Assembly (NCBI RefSeq): GCF_018977255.1
Contig: NW_024704742.1
Coordinates: 8,930,001 to 8,994,000, forward strand
DNA from: Callorhinchus milii
Taxonomy: Eukaryota
Direction of reading: 5' to 3'
Length of the DNA: 64,000 nt
Shown here: positions 25,997-38,792 of the stretch, piece after piece
Position numbering within the stretch: position 1 is the stretch's first letter
How the letters are laid out: the number at the start of each line of letters is the position of its first letter
The notes under the pieces: generated by a model
The model's input: the letters and a program-made list of their open reading frames with translations, nothing else
What the model was told of the DNA's origin: nothing
Database searches by the model: none
Position numbers and translations under genes: made by a program

Positions 25997-27475
25997 CCTA
26001 CCCCTTAGGGCTTTGGCTTGCAGGGTTAACAGGAGCTGAGTGGGATGACTCCCTGCCCCCAGTGACTGGTCTGCCCTTCCAGGTCCTGCTGATGAGCCAG
26101 ACTGGGCTGTGCTGTTATCAGCCCTGGAATACAGCGGACCCGCCTGGCTCAGGAACCAGACTAGAGACCATCACTGGCTCGATTCTGACAGTCCATTGCC
26201 AGGCATGTCACCGGGGAGCCAGTCCAGCTCCCAGGAGATGTCGCTTACTTACACCCGCCCCCCACCCACCCGGCCGGGAAGGAGTCATTAGTGCTCAGCG
26301 ATCGTGTAACTATTTCGCATGTGGGAATCTCATTAGTTATTGGAATAACGTGTTTCATGATAATAACAAATAAGAAAGGAGTGGATAATGGTCAAAAGCG
26401 TAATCGAAGAGGAGGATCTTGAGTGTTCTCACTGGAGAATTTCCATATCGCATCCGAGAGCATGTTATGATTAAAAGGAGAATAAAAGTGGAGAACACTT
26501 TTGCACAAAGTAGTCTTTTCCAAAAATTGTAGAAATGTATACAGCATATATATAACTGTATTTTTCTACCTGAAATAAGGATCCTTGCTTTTAGCACATC
26601 CCTGGCCCTCAGCTCCTATACCACTGTTTATAGGGAAGTTACTGGGGAAGATTTTGGTGTATCACAGAGCAGTCCATTTAATGGTTGTGGTTAATTTGGA
26701 CCTGCTTGTGTATTGGTCCACAGTGCTTCAATCCCTCCACTTCATCACCTCTTTATCTACCTTTAGTATCCTACCTTAAAACCTACCTCTTCGACTATGC
26801 AGCGGTCACTGGGCAGTGGTCTGAAACACTATCCAGTGTGAATATATATATATGTATATTTCTGAATGAAAATTATTGTTGAGTATCTGAAGTCAGAAAA
26901 GACAAGGTATTGGTGTGTATTGTTGCCTAGCTGCCAGTACTGTCCTCCAGTCACGTACTCATACTTTGGTGCTATCTTTCAGATGCCTTTGGTACCAGAA
27001 ATAAAGGGTGGCTATTCAACCTGCTTCCAATGCTCTTCAAGCACTAGTCTTCAACTTAACTCCTAGAACGTGCATTCAAGGGCTGTGGTTGGTTTGATCT
27101 TTGTGAGCTCTGGTCCATAGGAATGGCTTACCTTCCTGATCAACAACTCTCAGGATTCAATAGGAATTGCTGCAACTACTGATCTTTTATTAGGAAGTCT
27201 CCAGGACAAATTTTGTGAGATTAAGTTAAGGTGGTGGCAAACAGCACCAGGAGTAATCAAGGTGTAAAATTCCAGTGTTTTGATAAAGTGAAAACCAGTC
27301 TTATACCTGACCTCAGCTAAACGTTGCTCAGTGATGGACAGCAACCGGTCAAGGAGTGAAATCACTATCTATAAATGAAATTATTTCTATTACTACTGAG
27401 ATGTAACGTCTTGATTGACTGAAGAATTTTTTTTAATTTTTTCTCTTAAAGAGTATTTTACCACATGGTTGAGAG

Positions 27476-27550
27476 ATGAACAATCAGCAGCGTAATCTCC
27501 CTGACTGGATGGGATCAGAAGAAGGGAGAAGAGGGGACGGACAGAAGAAG
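27476..27550 (+). CDS. WRN: WRN coding exon 1: MNNQQRNLPDWMGSEEGRRGDGQKK
   Basis: Acceptor ttctcttaaag at 27451, ATG at 27476, QQRxxPxWM motif like the WRN N-terminal Ku-binding motif; donor AAG|gtctgc, phase 0. Confidence 0.85.
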
Positions 27551-27684
27551 GTCTGCAGGAATAAGTGGCTATTTCTACCAGTCTTTGGTGCTTTCTTTTG
27601 GCTGAAGCTTGGATTGAAAGTTAGAATTGTTCTAATTTGATTGTATGGTCCTTTTTGTTTTTTTTAAAAAATATTCATTTCAAG

Positions 27685-27800
27685 GATTTGTACCTGAAGA
27701 AGAATATTCTGGAGGACACGCTTCCCTTCCTGGAGTTTCCTGGGTCCATTGTGTGCAGCTATGAAGCTAATGACTGTTCTTTTTTGTCAGAAGACATGAG
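27685..27800 (+). CDS. WRN: WRN coding exon 2: [38 protein letters not shown]
   Basis: tttcaag| ... AG|gtaatg; LPFLEFxGSIV signature of WRN. Confidence 0.93.
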
Positions 27801-29588
27801 GTAATGGGTTCAGAGCGAGTGACTACAATTCCCGTCTTCCTGGTTCATTGCAATGCTGGTGTTCTCAGTTCTGATTCTCTTGTTTTACAATCACCAGCTT
27901 TTCTCTCCAATTAATACTTGTAATCCTAACACTTAATATAGCAGTTTATCATGTCATTAAAATATGACAACGCCCTCCACGGATTTACTGTAAAGTGGAA
28001 TTACTGTATTTGTGAGTGGACACAGCAGCCAATTTGTGCACAGCAACCTTCTACAAACAGTCATGCAGTGAATCACCATTTTTTTTATTTGAGGGAATCT
28101 TATCCAGGATAGCGGGCGAAACTCCCTTCTCTGTTTGAAAAGTACCATGGGATCTGCCTGTTCAGGTGGACGCGAAAGATCCCATGATGGTTTAATGTCT
28201 CATCTGAAGGATCCATTTTCAAACTGCCTGTACACTGAAACCACCTTCAAATCCCGTCTAAAGACCTACCTTTTTGATCATGCTTACGGTCACTTCTCCC
28301 TTCCCTCTCCTCTTGGCTCATTGTCAGACTCCGCAATTGTGAAGCGCTCCGGGACTCTACCCTGCGTGAAGGGCGCTATGTAAATGCAAGTTGTTGTTGT
28401 TGAGCAGGCCAGCACTCCCCCTGCTCTAGACGGCGAGTGCAAAGTCCTGAAATAGGGTTTCAACTCACAACTTTCTGACTGAGAATCAAGAGTGCTACCA
28501 ACTGAGCCAGGCTAGCAGCTATAGCCAGTGTCAATAGCATTATTTTAGAATGAATTTTTTGGAAATTCTCCAGTTCGAACACTGATGTTGTGATGAACGT
28601 CATTATCATATTGTGAGAACTTATTGATTGAAATCCACAATTTTAGGTACCCACTGTCTCCCATCAGAATTGTTTAAAAAGTACAGATTGTACATTATTT
28701 CACATTCACGCAGAAACATGGCCAACTAGGTTCTGGGTGCTGCTGTGCGATGTACTTTGGAACGCAGTGCTATCAGTCCTATGGTGACCTGTTGCTGAGT
28801 CTCCGCTGTTCACCGAGACCAAGCAGAAGCTCTCTGGGCTGATGACCTTGCCAATTGACATCAATTTAAGCTTATTTGCACTGTCGATCATCAAATTCTC
28901 CTGAACAGTAAACTGATAATGTCACTGGGCTTCCTCTTTAAGCAATAATAAAAAAGATACAGATTTAGCAAATTGTTTCAGTTAATGATGATAGGTGACT
29001 TCTCATTAAAACTGATAATTTGATATCCCCCCCAAAATAATAATTTGATCACTCAATCCACGACTGTTTGTGGGACACTGCTGTGTACAATTGGCTGCCG
29101 TGTTTCACCCACAAAATACACAATCACTATGCAGCATATTCTGTGAAGCGCTTTGTGACATCTTGAAAACGCGATAAGGCGCTAGCTATATCAAATGCAA
29201 GGATTATTATTATTTTCAAATGTCGTTTCAGGCAGTTTTTATAATATTTAATTTGATATCTCCAATTTGCAAACTCCATGTTGCAACAAAACACCTTAAA
29301 ACGCTTCACACAATAAGTTTCTTAGAAGTATAGTGACTGTTCTTATATTAGCAAATGCAGCTGAGAATCTGTGTCAGCCGTGCCCCACAAATAGCAAGAA
29401 GTTTGGTGAATGGCAAACTTAATGTTGTTTTGCTAATTGGGATGAGGAAGGAGTATTGACCAGACTTATCTCCCTGATTTTGAAATAGTGCTGTTGGGTC
29501 TTTTGTGACCAACTAATTTAGAAGAACTGGCAGGTGAAGGTTTGGAGCGTTTTAAATATAAAACATGCTGTTTTATTGCATTTTTCAG

Positions 29589-29734
29589 ACTTTGCTTACC
29601 GGAAGGATCAGCTGTTGGGTTTGACATAGAATGGCCTCCATCATACATGAAAGGAAAGGCGGGGAAAGTTGCCCTTGTTCAGTTGTGTCCTTCAGAGAAG
29701 AAGTGCTACCTTTTCCATGTCTCCTCTATGTCAG
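29589..29734 (+). CDS. WRN: WRN coding exon 3 (ExoI motif GFDIEWPP)
   Basis: tttttcag| ... G|gtcaga; [48 protein letters not shown]. Confidence 0.95.
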
Positions 29735-29769
29735 GTCAGAACTTAAACATGTATTTTCTTTCTCATTTG

Positions 29770-30207
29770 TGTTTATTCCCAGAATGTCTCCTCTTCTGTC
29801 TCCCCTCATACAGTGGATGGCCATGCGCTGAGTGCCGTCCTAGCTGGACTATTCCAATGCCCTCCTTGCTGGTCTTCCCAGCTCCACAATACACATAATT
29901 CAATTAATCCAAAACTCTGATGCCTGGATACTCACTCGCATGAAACTCCGTACCCCCATCACACCAGTCATTGCCAGGCTCCGTACCCCATCAGCTACAT
30001 GCCCTGAAACTCTGGAACTCTCTCCCTCAATCCCTCCTCCTTGTCCCCTCCCTCCCTACCTTCAAATCCCGCCTAAAAACCTTTTTGATCGTGCTTACGA
30101 TCACCTCCCCCCTCCCTCTCCCCCTGGCTCATTGTTAGACTCCGCTACTGTCAAGCGCTCTGAGATGCTACCTCAAGTGAAGGGCGCTATATAAATGCAA
30201 GTTGTTG
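29770..30207 (+). mobile_element. L2 3' fragment
   Basis: [16 protein letters not shown] coding remnant, tail AAGGGCGCTATATAAATGCAAGTTGTTG. Confidence 0.75.
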
Positions 30208-30555
30208 TCATCCGATGAGATGTTAAACCAAGGCCTGGTTCCATAAAGATTCCCAGGCACTATTCAAAAAGAAAATGGAGCTGGTTTTGATGACCTGGCC
30301 AACAATTCCCCAAATAAAATTGGTGATTCATTACATGGCTGTTTGTGGGACGTTTGCTGCTGCATCCGCCCACAAAACACACATTCGCATACCACTTTAC
30401 AGTAGTGCTTTGATACTTCTCGACAATGTGATAAGGCGCTATATCAAATGCAAGGATTATTATTATTATCATCATCTTTTCAAGTATAGGTATATGGCTC
30501 CATTGCACTGCCAAGCCTCTGGGACCACACTTTAGTGCCTGTTCGTAGTGTATTT

Positions 30556-30890
30556 GTGGAGTGATTAGTGATTAGAGTACTTGCCTCGCAAGTGAGAGAC
30601 TTGGGTTTGATTCCCAGCAGGGTGAAATGTTGGGCAAGTTTCCTCGCTCCACACGTCTCTGTTTACCTAGCAGTAAGTAAGCCCTGTTGTTAGTCGATGG
30701 TGGATTGCTTTTCCGGGGGTAATAATTCCTTAAAAAAAATATTGGCCACTCAATCCACGACTGTTTGTGGGACACTGCTGTTGCAATTGGTAGCTGTGTT
30801 TCGCCCACAAAATATAGTCAGTTCACTTTACAGTATATTCTCAAAGACTTGATAAGGCGCTACATCAAATGCAAGGATTATTGTTATTAT
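30556..30890 (+). mobile_element. SINE, older subfamily
   Basis: Head, body and tail of the family. Confidence 0.88.
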
Positions 30891-30904
30891 TTGAGCCTAT
30901 ACAG

Positions 30905-31340
30905 CAACAACTTGCAGTTACCCAGCGCCTTTCACATAGGAATACATTTACAAAGTGCTTTACAGAGATGGGGTGGGAGATGGTGGCAGAAGGCAAAGTT
31001 ATACAGAGGTTATAGGATGGGTTTTGAAAGCCGAGATGCGGGAGAGATTTAAGGAGGGAGTTGCAGAGCATGGGGGCGTCCTTCCAATGTGAAAGGTGTT
31101 AAGCAAGTATAATACTGTATTGTATAGCGGCAGAGTGACTAAAAGCCTGTGCACCAAATGGTAGAGCGCAGGGACATGAAGCAAGCCTGATTCGATAGGG
31201 CAGAGGGAGTTAGCAGGGGAATTGGACCGCAAGAGACAGGGTGGAGAAAGATTGTAGAAGCATTTGAAGGCATGGATGAGGATCACACTGTTGATCCACT
31301 GGGGAATAGAGAGCCAGTGGAGCCTGACAAGGATGGGAAA
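30905..31340 (-). mobile_element. Old L2 fragment
   Basis: PILVRLHWLSIPQWIN in ORF 30999-31463. Confidence 0.7.
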
Positions 31341-31697
31341 ATAAACACAATTTAAAGACAATGGAGTCATGGTGGGGCATGCTTGGGCTTGGATGTGAAA
31401 TTTCTGTACTGTCTGATTAAACAAAAATCTAATAGAATATTCACAAGTGCCCTGGAGAAACACCCAAGCAGGAAAAGGTTCAGGTATATAGAGAAAGAGT
31501 TTGAAAGTGGGATGAATGAAAAGTGTAATAAATTAGGTAACAATGGATCAGGCACAATGGGACAACTTGCTTCGGCGCTGAGAATTACTGTTTGTGTAAA
31601 ACGTGCGTCTTCAGCTTTGCTTGGACTTGTGCTTCACTTAGATTGCCATTTACTGAAGGAATCAAGACTTTATTAATCACAGTTTAATTCATTTTAG

Positions 31698-31846
31698 GTT
31701 TTCCAAGTGGGCTGAAAAGATTACTGCAAGATGAAGCGATTAAAAAAGTTGGTGTTGGAATTGAATGCGATCAGTGGAAACTGATGAGCGACTGTGACGT
31801 TAAACTCAAAGGCTTTGTTGAACTCACTGATATGGCTAATAAAAAG
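31698..31846 (+). CDS. WRN: WRN coding exon 4 (ExoII)
   Basis: attttag| ... AAG|gtaaat; [49 protein letters not shown]. Confidence 0.95.
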
Positions 31847-32330
31847 GTAAATCTGTCATTTCTTCTATTTAAAAGTAAGTCAAAATATTACTGGTTTGAG
31901 CAATGGAACCAGTAACCTTTTGAAAGCAGAGTTGGTTGGATGGACTCTGAAAGATTTTCAGTGTAGCATGCGCATCCAATAGATTTAGTTACAAGATAAA
32001 CTGCAACAACCGCATCAAATTATTGGCATAGTAACAGAGAGATCGAGTGGTTTCTGAACACTCTAAAAATGCTTCATAAATGGAGTAAATCTAGATCCAG
32101 TTGGAACTTTTACCCCACTCTGGGCTCACATCTCAAGATGGCCATTTGGGAGGACAACTGTTGCCATTGAATTATGATTAGTATTTAGTACTCATGATTA
32201 GTTAGTCAGTACTTCAAAGATGGGGAGGAGGGAAATGAATTGGTTGTCCTACCTTGGCAAGCAGGTATGCTGGAGCTGGCAGCATCACTATCCAAGGATG
32301 CACAGTCCACCTCACCGAGCCAGTGCGGAT

Positions 32331-33050
32331 CCTTGGCGTCTTGTTTGACACTTAACTATCCTTTCTCCCCCACATCCGCACCCTGACCTGTTCTGCCTTC
32401 TCCCGCCTCCGCAACATCGCCCTGCTCCGCCACTGTCTCACATCGTAGGCTGCCGAAACCCTCAAACACGCATTCAGAAAATCCAGACTTGACTACGCCA
32501 ACTTTCTGCTTGTTGGCCTTTTTCCTCCACATGCTGCAGATCACCCAGAACCCTGCAGCTTGTGTCCTCTTCCGCACCAGGCTCCGTGATCCCATCATCC
32601 CCCACCCTCGCCCAGCTCCACTGCCTCCCCATCCCCCAGAGGATAGAATTTAAAATCATCATCCTTGTGTTCAAAGCCCTTCACAGCCTTGGTCCTTCCT
32701 ACCTCTGTGATCTGCTAACCCCATATCAACCTCTCTGCTCAACAGGTCTGCTCCCATGTCCCGCACCTGACACACCCCAACATTGGCGATTGGACTTCAG
32801 CCTCTCTGGCCCCAATCTCTGGAACTTCATCCCATAGTCCCTTTGCCTTGCTCCTTTCCTTGTCTCCTTCAAGACATGTCTCAAGACCCTCTTTAACTGT
32901 GCCATCGGTCACCCTCCTTCCCCTATCCTCCCTGCCCTCCACCCCTCCTGATCCCAACCCCATGCTCGGGTCCAAATCCCTGACTGTCAAGTGCCTTGGG
33001 ACATCCCCCCAACGTGAAAGGAGCTGTGTAAATGTAATTTTGTTGTTGTT
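32331..33050 (+). mobile_element. Older 5'-truncated L2 LINE
   Basis: PTLAQLHCLPIPQRIEFKIIILVFKALHSLGPSYLCDLL; (GTT)n tail. Confidence 0.85.
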
Positions 33051-33222
33051 CTACGTGTAGGATCGGTAATTTTGACACCACAAATCCAGGAATGTATACG
33101 TGGTTTGTGTGATTCAATGTTGAAGTGGGGTACGTGTGTTCACTCCATTAACTCAAACAAGCTGATGTTTACAAATGTTTGTACTCGGTTTCTGAAACAT
33201 GGTTTTGTGTGCTGTGAATTAG

Positions 33223-33372
33223 CTGCAGTGTGCAGAGAAGTGGAGTCTAAATGGGCTGGTGAAGCATCTGTTCAAGAAGCGGATGTGTAAGGATGACGCT
33301 GTGCGCTGCAGCGGTTGGGATCAGTTTCCACTCAGTGATGAGCAGCAGCACTACGCAGCGATCGATGCTTAT
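33223..33372 (+). CDS. WRN: WRN coding exon 5 (ExoIII, YAAIDAY)
   Basis: aattag| ... TAT|gtaggt; LQCAEKWSLNGLVKHLFKKRMCKDDAVRCSGWDQFPLSDEQQHYAAIDAY. Confidence 0.93.
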
Positions 33373-33864
33373 GTAGGTACTTACAGTTGAAGCCTCCCCC
33401 TTCCCGTGGTAGTTTTGAGGGGTCCTTAGAATCCCAACACGACAATTTTGCAGGTCAGCACTCCTGAATCGTGACATCCCCAATCACATGAACAGTCCAT
33501 GCGAATTTCAGGCAGAAAGCGATCCAGCTCCATTGGTACAACAACAACAAATGACGTTTACATAGCTCCTTTTGAGTCGGAAGGACGTCCCAAGGAGATG
33601 GACAGTCAGGGATTTGGCACACATCGTGATGCAAATTACGACACCGCTCTTCTTGTTTTGTTGCACCTCAAACCGACGGAGCTGGATGGTTTGCCACACA
33701 CAATTTAACCACACTTCAAGTCCTTTAACCCGCAATATAATGAAGCGCATTATTATAGGGTTCTACCTTATTAATTTCAGTTATAGACACCAGTCCTTTA
33801 ACATAGCATTTCTGTTAATTTTATAAGAAAATGCCTTTGCCCCCCAAATCCTCCATAAATAATA

Positions 33865-34261
33865 AAAATACTTGCATTCGATATAGTGTCTTATCACATC
33901 TTCAAGATGTCTCAAAGCGCTTCACAGAATATACTGTAAAGTGAATTGACTGTATGCGTTGTGGGCGAAATGTCGGGCGAGATTCTTTACTCCACACGCC
34001 TCTGTTTACCTAGTAGTAAACAGGAACCCGGTTGTTAATCGATTGGCAGATTGCTTTTCCGGGGGTAGTAATCTCCAAAAAAAATAATTGGTCACTCAAT
34101 CCATGACTATTTGTGGGACACTGCTGTGCGCAATTGTCTACCGCATTTCGCACACAAAATATACAGTCAATTCACTTTGCAGTATATTCTATGAAACTCT
34201 TTGTGATGTCTCAAAGACATGATAAGGCGCCATATCAAATGCAAGGATTATTATTATTATT
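33865..34261. mobile_element. Fused SINE fragments: minus tail (33865-33970) + plus body/tail (33975-34261)
   Basis: Family motifs in opposite orientations. Confidence 0.85.
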
Positions 34262-34369
34262 TTCCCTAATCGACTGCCCAGCCACCTAGACAGACAATAA
34301 AGCTAATAAAGCCACCTGATCTTCAATGAACCACGACTCACCACTGTTTATATTCTCTCTTCTCTCCAG

Positions 34370-34442
34370 GCTGGCCTTTTAATTTACCAAAAGTTGAACA
34401 GTGTGGATGTTAGCGGAGGCAAACTGTTTGGCGGTGAAAATG
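34370..34442 (+). CDS. WRN: WRN coding exon 6
   Basis: tctctccag| ... G|gtaatt; AGLLIYQKLNSVDVSGGKLFGGEN, phases 0/1 fit neighbours. Confidence 0.88.
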
Positions 34443-34706
34443 GTAATTTGTGTTCCAAAAAGTTTTTGTTTTCAAAAATATGTGTTTTAAATGTCAAAAG
34501 TTTGTTTGAAATTTTTAAAAAATATATTTTTGTTGTGCTCACAGCTGCAACACTATTTTCCTAACAAAATGTGATGACTGACGCCCCTGTAACCCAGCTT
34601 CTGCATGGCTTTAATGCATCTGCCACTGGGCTGCCATGGGATCACTTATTTAATTCTCTTCTAATATCATGCATTTATTGCATCAGGGCATATTGAGCTA
34701 CAGTAC

Positions 34707-35018
34707 GTGGAGTCCTGTAGCTCAGTGGTTAGAGCACTCGCCTCGCAAGCCTCCACATGCCTCTGATTACCTAGCAGTAATTAAGAACCTGGTTGTTAGT
34801 TGATTGACGGATCGCTTTTCTCGGGGTAATAATTCCTTCAAAAAAATAATAATTTGGTCACTCAATCCATGACTGTTTGTGGGACACTGTGGGCGCAATT
34901 GGCTGCCGAGTTTTGCCCACAAAATAGACAGTTAATTCACTTTACAGTATATTCTATGAAGTGCTTTGGGACGTTTTGAAGACATGATAAGGCACTGTAT
35001 CAAATGCAAGAATTGTTA
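34707..35018 (+). mobile_element. SINE, older subfamily (B-box region deleted)
   Basis: GTGGAGTCCTGTAGCTCAGTGGTTAGAGCACTCGCCTCGCAAGC head, family tail. Confidence 0.88.
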
Positions 35019-35689
35019 TCATCATAGCAAAAGTTACAAAATTGTCTCTACTGACCTTGCACAGAACTTGCGATAGATGCAGTAGGATAATTTATGTTGT
35101 ACTTTTAATTATATTTTTGCCTACAAATACACAGTCAGTACATTTACAGTAAAATTCTGTGAGACATTTCAAGGACATGATAAAGCACTAAATCAAATGA
35201 AAAGATTTTTTTTATGACGTTTTGTAAAGCACTTAAAGACTTTTCTTTGTTTTATTTGCTGTACCGATGCAAGTCATTTCTGGAAATGAAATGCTATTCC
35301 TGTATGCATAATATCCACTCATTCAAGAGAAATCTAGAGAGATTTTATTGAAGAAAAGGAGGATTTTTTAAGCAAGAGCAGATCAACAGGTAACCTAATT
35401 ACCTTATGATGTCAGTTGCAGTGTAGCAGGGTAAAAATAATACTTCGCAATTGCCCTTGTGTGTCCTATCTATCTGTGTGAGTAAGTAACTTAGCAATAA
35501 ATAGGAACCCAGTTGTTAGTTGATTGGTGGATCGCTTTTCCGGGTGTGTGTAAAAAAAACAATAATAATTTGGTTACTCAATCCATGACTGTTTGTGGGG
35601 CACTGCTGTGCGCAATTGGCTGCCGAGTTTTGCCCAGTCAATTCACTTAACAGTATATTCTGTGAGGTGTTTTGAGACGTATAGAAGAT

Positions 35690-36013
35690 AATAATAATAA
35701 TAATCCTTGCATTTGATATAGTGCTTTTTCACGTCGGGAGGACGTCCCAAAGCGCTTCACAGAGCACACTGTAAAGTGAATTGACTGTATATTTGTGGGC
35801 GAACGCGGCAGCCAATTGCGCACAGCAGTGTCCACAAACAGTCGTAGATTGAAAATGACCAATTTTATTATTGTTTTGGGTTTTGGAGGGATTATTATTA
35901 GGCTCTGTGTGGAGTAAGGAAACTTGCCCAAGGTTTCGCCCTCTGCCTGGAATTGAACTCAGGTCTCTCGCTTGCAAAGCGAGTGCTCTAACCACTGAGC
36001 TACAGGACTCCAC
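35690..36013 (-). mobile_element. Full-length young SINE nested in an older SINE
   Basis: Near-identical to 56657-56985. Confidence 0.93.
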
Positions 36014-36246
36014 GATGTGAGAAGCGCTATATCAAATGCAAGGATTATTATCATCTATCTGTATGATGGTGGTTGGGTCCTATCTATCTGTTTGATGTCA
36101 AATCAATAATAATAAAAATACTGCCACAATGACACAAAAAGTCAGACTTGGTTAGCAATTTCCAGATATGACCAGTGTTTTGAACCCTAGTTTGCATTGC
36201 TTGACAGATGATTTTTAAAAAAAAAAAAATTGTTTGTGTGTTTTAG

Positions 36247-36355
36247 ATCAGAATCTGCTCCCGTCCATGTTGAGAACTAACCTGAAAGCCATTGCCTGTC
36301 AGATGCAGAAACTGGCAGATCTGGTTCCAGACACCTGTGTTAGCGGAGCGCAAAG
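36247..36355 (+). CDS. WRN: WRN coding exon 7
   Basis: ttttag| ... AG|gttagt; QNLLPSMLRTNLKAIACQMQKLADLVPDTCVSGAQ, phases 1/2 fit. Confidence 0.85.
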
Positions 36356-37098
36356 GTTAGTGAAAATCAGATAATGTAAGATAAAATAACATCTGGCAAT
36401 GACAACGAATCATAGGTTGTGATCTGTGAATCAAAGCAAAATTAGATACAGCCATTTCAATCAGTTGTTCAAACTGACCGTTTTTGGGAATACGTGGTCG
36501 ACTGTAGCCAATACAGTATCTACTGATCCAAGTGTTTGTCTTCAGTGGATTGAACCCGATCACATTTATTCTAAAGAATTTGTGAGGGTGTCTGGATGTC
36601 TTGACATTTGTGGAATCTCATCACCATGTTTAAGAGTTTCCAAACTACACATGGAAATGCCTGTGTCTGAAATGGAATATGCAATCTCTCTCCCCAGAGG
36701 AATTCATTCTGTTTACCCAATTCCAGAGAGTATTAGTGGAAGTTGGCAAGAGTGCTGATTTTAACCAGCTAAAACTGCGTAGCTTTCCATTAAAAGCACT
36801 GACTGGCAAGCTTCCTGATGCCTGTCCAGCTAGGATCATACATTGCAGGGTTAACAGGAGTTGAGCGGGAAGAGCCCCTGCCCCAAGTGAGAATTCATGA
36901 GTCAGTTGTAGCATTTAACTAAAATAGAAAAATGGTCTCAACATTATTTAGGTGTGTTACTCTGTCTGCAGGCGTGTCCATGAGAAATCAGTATTTCACA
37001 CCTGAGGATTATCTGGGAGCGAAAGGAGAGAGTTCAGAGGTCTGCCTATCTCTGCTGTGAGTTTAACAATAATGCCCTGTGTTTTTCCTGTTTTCAAG

Positions 37099-37528
37099 AG
37101 TTACGGATGTCTTGAATGACATTTCTGAAAGGGTTTCTGATTTACGAAACCTGTTGCTTGAATCAACACTCAGGACCTGCAGGGAGCCAGGAAATGAAGT
37201 GGAACCCGAGGTGAAACAGGACTACAAAGATGAAAATACTTTGTCCAAAGATAGTTTGGGAAACAACCACAAAGGAAGTGGGAGTTGGAAAGAATGGGAT
37301 GAAGAAAGTACCTTGGCCAATTCACCATCTAATCATGAGGAGACTGAGATACCACACTCAAAATCTCTGGAGAGCATCTTCAGTGCTAGTGGTGTACGGG
37401 CAGAACCCACTCCCAATAAGGATAACATAATGTCTTTAGAAATAACTGAATACGAGCTTCAGATGTTAGAACGTCAAGCAGAAGAAGAAGATGCCATGGA
37501 AAATGCTATTCTTTCTTCGCCCATCAAG
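37099..37528 (+). CDS. WRN: WRN coding exon 8 (long linker exon, 430 nt)
   Basis: ttttcaag| ... AAG|gtaaaa; lies within ORF 37079-37552; VTDVLNDISERV...MSLEITEYELQMLERQAEEE. Confidence 0.92.
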
Positions 37529-37899
37529 GTAAAACATAGTGTTAAATTATAATCTGTTGTAATTAAATACTTTGCTTCCCCGACAGTAAGATTCTAAAAG
37601 CCTGAATGCACTCGATCCCCATTCGTAAAATGCTGCTTAACATCAGATGTGAAATATTGAATTTCTCATGGACATGCCTAAAATAAGAAACAATACTTTG
37701 CGATCTTTCATTAGTCATTGCATATTGCAGCAAGAAGGTAAAATCTAAAAAATAATCCTTGCATTTAATATTGCATCTTAAATATCCTGAAGCACTGCAC
37801 AATATCTGCTAGAGTGCAGTGACTTTGCAGGTGAACAAGGTAACTCATTTGCACTCAATGATTGTCCTATAATCAGGACAATACACTGAATGAGTAATT

Positions 37900-38135
37900 T
37901 TATCGGGATTGCTGGCCTGGACAACAAGAGAATTTCACTTCTCTTTTCGAAGAGTGCTTTGGGATCATTAATGTCCACCTGAACACAAATAGGACCTCGG
38001 TTTAATGTCTCATCCAGACAGTGCCTCTGACAATACAGTGCTCTCCCATCATTTCACTGGAGTGTCTGCCTTGATCTTGAGCTCAAAGGCCAATGTGGGG
38101 CTTGAACCTACAACCATTGACAGAGTCTGCTACAA
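37900..38135 (-). mobile_element. Deu-domain SINE (AmnSINE1/SacSINE1-like); other pieces at 7790-7970, 28000-28520, 30208-30470, 49130-49250
   Basis: AGGACCTCGGTTTAATGTCTCATCC and the TGGGATC...TCCACCTGAAC core match the Deu domain as I recall it. Confidence 0.7.
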
Positions 38136-38717
38136 ATCTGTATTTGAATAATTGTAACTTGAGCAAAGGACTTGAAAAGTACCTCAGTAGAAACCAAGGT
38201 TTTATTCTGTGTCCTTCAGCCCTGAAACTGTACCTGGTCTTAGCCTCAAAGGCTATTTTGTCTTTTTAAAAAAAAATAGTGCAGAATTTTTAAAAATTCT
38301 TAAATTCAGCCTTAATTTAGAAGTTGGTTTCCCAATATATATTTTTGAATTGTAAGACAATAGTCTTAAGACTAAGACCATTAGAAATTGTAGGCCTTTG
38401 GTACTCTGGCCATAACAATGCCAATGTGAATCGCCTGGAATACAGATTATCTCTGCCTGTCAGCTGTCTCGTACAAAATATGAGGCCGCAATCATTTCAA
38501 ATACTGTAGTTGGCACACAAATGTCTGATCTCTATCCCTTGTACCAGATAATCTTCAGACAACCACATCTATAGGTGAATCATCCGGATTGTAAGTAGCG
38601 CACTGTAACTGCCTCAAATGATGCTCGGGACTTCTACAGTGTGTTACTAATGGGTATTTTAGACTGCGCATTGTTTTCACTTCACAGCAGTTACTTGCTT
38701 TGGTGTCCTTTTTGCAG

Positions 38718-38792
38718 GCAAGAGTACAGCAAGAAACAGATGTCTCGTATTTGATTGAAAGTGACGAGGAGCTGGAGAGTGAGATGCTCAAG
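38718..38792 (+). CDS. WRN: WRN coding exon 9 (acidic unit SYLIESDEELESEMLK)
   Basis: tttgcag| ... AAG|gtgaaa; resembles the human SYVIESDEDLEMEMLK unit. Confidence 0.92.

Noticed and set aside
27822..27833. ACTACAATTCCC (ZNF143-associated motif)
   Set aside because: Isolated in an intron 2.7 kb from the promoter, with no supporting context
35729..36013. Recurrent near-identical short ORFs (ESCSSVVRALALQARDL..., MGKFPYSTQSL...)
   Set aside because: Translations of SINE copies, not a gene family
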